From the NCBI GenBank assembly GCA_963738405.1, contig CAVTWJ010000010.1, positions 32,001 through 96,000 on the forward strand: a stretch of DNA of 64,000 nucleotides. Direction: 5' to 3'. Source of the DNA: a candidate division FCPU426 bacterium. Lineage in GTDB: Bacteria; Oederibacteriota; Muellerivitia; Muellerivitales; Muellerivitaceae. The notes under the pieces were generated by a model. The model ran no database searches. It saw nothing but the letters and a program-made list of their open reading frames with translations, and was not told where the DNA came from. Below, one piece after another: positions 61,735 to 64,000 of the stretch (the stretch's first letter is position 1; every line of letters starts with the position of its first letter). The translations under genes were made by a program, and so were the position numbers.

Positions 61735-64000
61735 ATGTTAGAAAGCCTATTAACCAAGATTTTCGGCAGTAAAAACCAGCGCGCCCTGAAGGCCTTCGAG
61801 GCCAAGGTGGCGGAGATCAACGCACTGGAAGAGGGCCTTAAGGCCCTGTCCGACGACGATTTGAAAAAGAAAACCCCCGAGCTCAAGGAACGCTTGGCGA
61901 AGGGCGCCACCCTGGACGATATCCTCGCCGAGGCATTCGCGGTGGTGAGGGAAACCTCCCGCCGGGTGATGGGCATGCGCCATTTCGACGTTCAGCTGGT
62001 GGGCGGAATGGTGCTCCATAGCGGCAAGATCGCCGAGATGAAAACCGGGGAAGGCAAGACCCTCGTGGCCACCCTGGCCATCTACCTCAACGCCCTCTCC
62101 GGCAAGGGCGTCCACCTGGTCACCGTGAACGACTATTTGGCCGAACGCGACAGCTTAGGCAGAGGCAGCTTTAAGGGCATGGCCAACATTTACAACTTCC
62201 TTGGCCTCACCTGCGGGGTCATCAAGCACGGTCTCGCACCTCAAGACCGCAAGGCGGCCTACGCCTGCGATATCACCTATTGCACCAACAACGAGCTGGG
62301 TTTTGATTATCTTCGAGACAATATGGCCCAAAACGGCGAGTACACCGTATTGAGGGACTTGAACTTCGCCATTGTGGACGAGGTGGACAGCATCCTCGTG
62401 GATGAGGCCCGCACGCCCCTCATCATTTCCGGCCCCTCGGAAGAATCCACCGACCTCTATTACCGCATCGACCGCATCATCCCGGCCCTTCACAAGGGCC
62501 CGGATTACGATGTTGAAGAAAGAACCCGCTCGGCCTTCCTGACCGAGGGCGGCGTCAAACATGTGGAGCAATTGCTGAAGGTCGATAACCTCTACGACCA
62601 CAAGAACGTCCAGCTGGTCCACCATGTCAACCAGGCCCTCAAGGCCCATGTGATCTTCAAGAAGGATGTGGACTATATCGTCAAGGACGGCGAAGTGGTG
62701 ATCGTGGACGAGTTCACGGGCCGCCTCATGCCGGGGCGCCGCTATTCGGACGGGCTTCACCAGGCCCTGGAAGCCAAGGAACGGGTGAAGATCGAGGCTG
62801 AAAACCAGACCCTGGCCACCATCACCTTTCAGAATTTCTTCCGTATGTACAAAAAGCTGGGGGGGATGACGGGAACGGCCGAAACTGAAGCCTCCGAATT
62901 CAAGGAAATCTACAACCTGGATGTCATTTGCGTGCCCACCCACAATCCCATGGTCCGCAAGGACGACGCGGATTTTGTGTACCGCACCGTGCGCGAGAAA
63001 TTCAACGCCATTTCCGATGAAATCGCGGCCATGGCCGAAAAGAAACAGCCGGTTCTGGTCGGCACGGTTTCCATCGAGAAAAACGAGTTGTTGTCTGGGC
63101 TCCTGAAAAAAAGAGGCGTCAAGCATGAGGTGTTGAACGCCAAGTTCCACGAAAGGGAAGCGGAAATCATCTCCCTGGCGGGCCAAATGGGAGCCGTCAC
63201 CATCGCCACCAACATGGCGGGACGCGGCACGGACATCGTGCTGGGGCCTGGCGTGAAGGAATTGGGCGGTTTGGCGGTATTGGGCACCGAGCGGCATGAA
63301 AGCCGGCGCATCGATAACCAGCTTCGCGGACGTTCCGGCCGCCAAGGCGACCCCGGCTTGTCCCGTTTTTACGTGGCCTTGGAAGATGATCTCATGCGCA
63401 TCTTCGGCACCGACCGGTTGAAAGACCTCATGACCAAACTGGGTATGGAGGAGGGTGAGGTCATTTCTCATCCCTGGGTTTCCAACGCCATCGAAAGGTC
63501 GCAAAAGGCTGTGGAAGGCCACAATTTCGATATCCGCAAACATTTGCTCGAATATGACGACGTCATGAACAAGCAGAGGGAGCGCATCTATAAGGAACGC
63601 AACCGGGTCCTCTATGAGAAGGACATCCGCGCCCACATGCTCCAGATTCTCGAGGATGTGGCCGCCGACGGTGTGGAAAACTACCTGCCCGAAAAGGGCG
63701 GCTCCGACGCTTGGGATATCGAAGGCCTGAAAAAATGGTATCTGGGCATTTTCCAACAGGCGCTGGACTGGAATATCGATAATTTACGGGTCATGGATCA
63801 GCAGGCGCTTTTTGCGGGCCTCAAGGAAGACATGATCAGGGCCTATGAGAAAAAAGAAACCCAGATCAACCCCCAAATCATGCGCACCCTGGAGCGGGCC
63901 ATTTTATTGGAAGTCATCGACAACCAGTGGAAGGACCATTTGCTTTCCATGGACCATTTGAAGGAAGGTATCGGACTGCAATCCTACGGCGGCAAGGACC
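61735..64000 (+). CDS. secA: preprotein translocase ATPase SecA (runs off the window end)
   Basis: Read by hand from ATG 61735 ([16 protein letters not shown]); [50 protein letters not shown]; absent from the ORF track because it has no stop in the window. Confidence 0.98.
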   Translation, partial: MLESLLTKIFGSKNQRALKAFEAKVAEINALEEGLKALSDDDLKKKTPELKERLAKGATLDDILAEAFAVVRETSRRVMGMRHFDVQLVGGMVLHSGKIAEMKTGEGKTLVATLAIYLNALSGKGVHLVTVNDYLAERDSLGRGSFKGMANIYNFLGLTCGVIKHGLAPQDRKAAYACDITYCTNNELGFDYLRDNMAQNGEYTVLRDLNFAIVDEVDSILVDEARTPLIISGPSEESTDLYYRIDRIIPALHKGPDYDVEERTRSAFLTEGGVKHVEQLLKVDNLYDHKNVQLVHHVNQALKAHVIFKKDVDYIVKDGEVVIVDEFTGRLMPGRRYSDGLHQALEAKERVKIEAENQTLATITFQNFFRMYKKLGGMTGTAETEASEFKEIYNLDVICVPTHNPMVRKDDADFVYRTVREKFNAISDEIAAMAEKKQPVLVGTVSIEKNELLSGLLKKRGVKHEVLNAKFHEREAEIISLAGQMGAVTIATNMAGRGTDIVLGPGVKELGGLAVLGTERHESRRIDNQLRGRSGRQGDPGLSRFYVALEDDLMRIFGTDRLKDLMTKLGMEEGEVISHPWVSNAIERSQKAVEGHNFDIRKHLLEYDDVMNKQRERIYKERNRVLYEKDIRAHMLQILEDVAADGVENYLPEKGGSDAWDIEGLKKWYLGIFQQALDWNIDNLRVMDQQALFAGLKEDMIRAYEKKETQINPQIMRTLERAILLEVIDNQWKDHLLSMDHLKEGIGLQSYGGKD

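Noticed and set aside
62155..63756. 533-aa minus-strand ORF
   Set aside because: Antisense shadow of secA, which is open on the + strand with all its motifs

Overview
Bacterial chromosomal window, probably from a diderm (lipoproteins and beta-barrel-like proteins are present); no taxon can be assigned from sequence alone. Most of it is housekeeping or envelope genes: class V aminotransferase plus serA, pepA, an ECF sigma/anti-sigma/Spy-like triad, ychF, nth, an ABC-2 transporter with a doubly frameshifted ATPase, gpmA, a riboflavin operon with nusB, ligA, a monofunctional transglycosylase and a 3'-truncated secA. The stand-out region is 28.6-48.8 kb, where five co-oriented genes follow one another: a CHASE2 adenylate cyclase, a ~4,830-aa lipoprotein (Thr/Pro stalk, 9 Cys-containing bipartite repeats, 4 malectin-like domains, NHL propellers), a FecR-domain protein, a putative outer-membrane beta-barrel, and a small lipoprotein paralogous to the giant's N-terminal domain. 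This is a candidate trans-envelope surface-sensing/cAMP system. The AT-rich first ~1.1 kb holds small genes separated by related palindromic elements and resembles the end of an integron-like cassette array. No rRNA, tRNA, CRISPR array or transposase was recognised.
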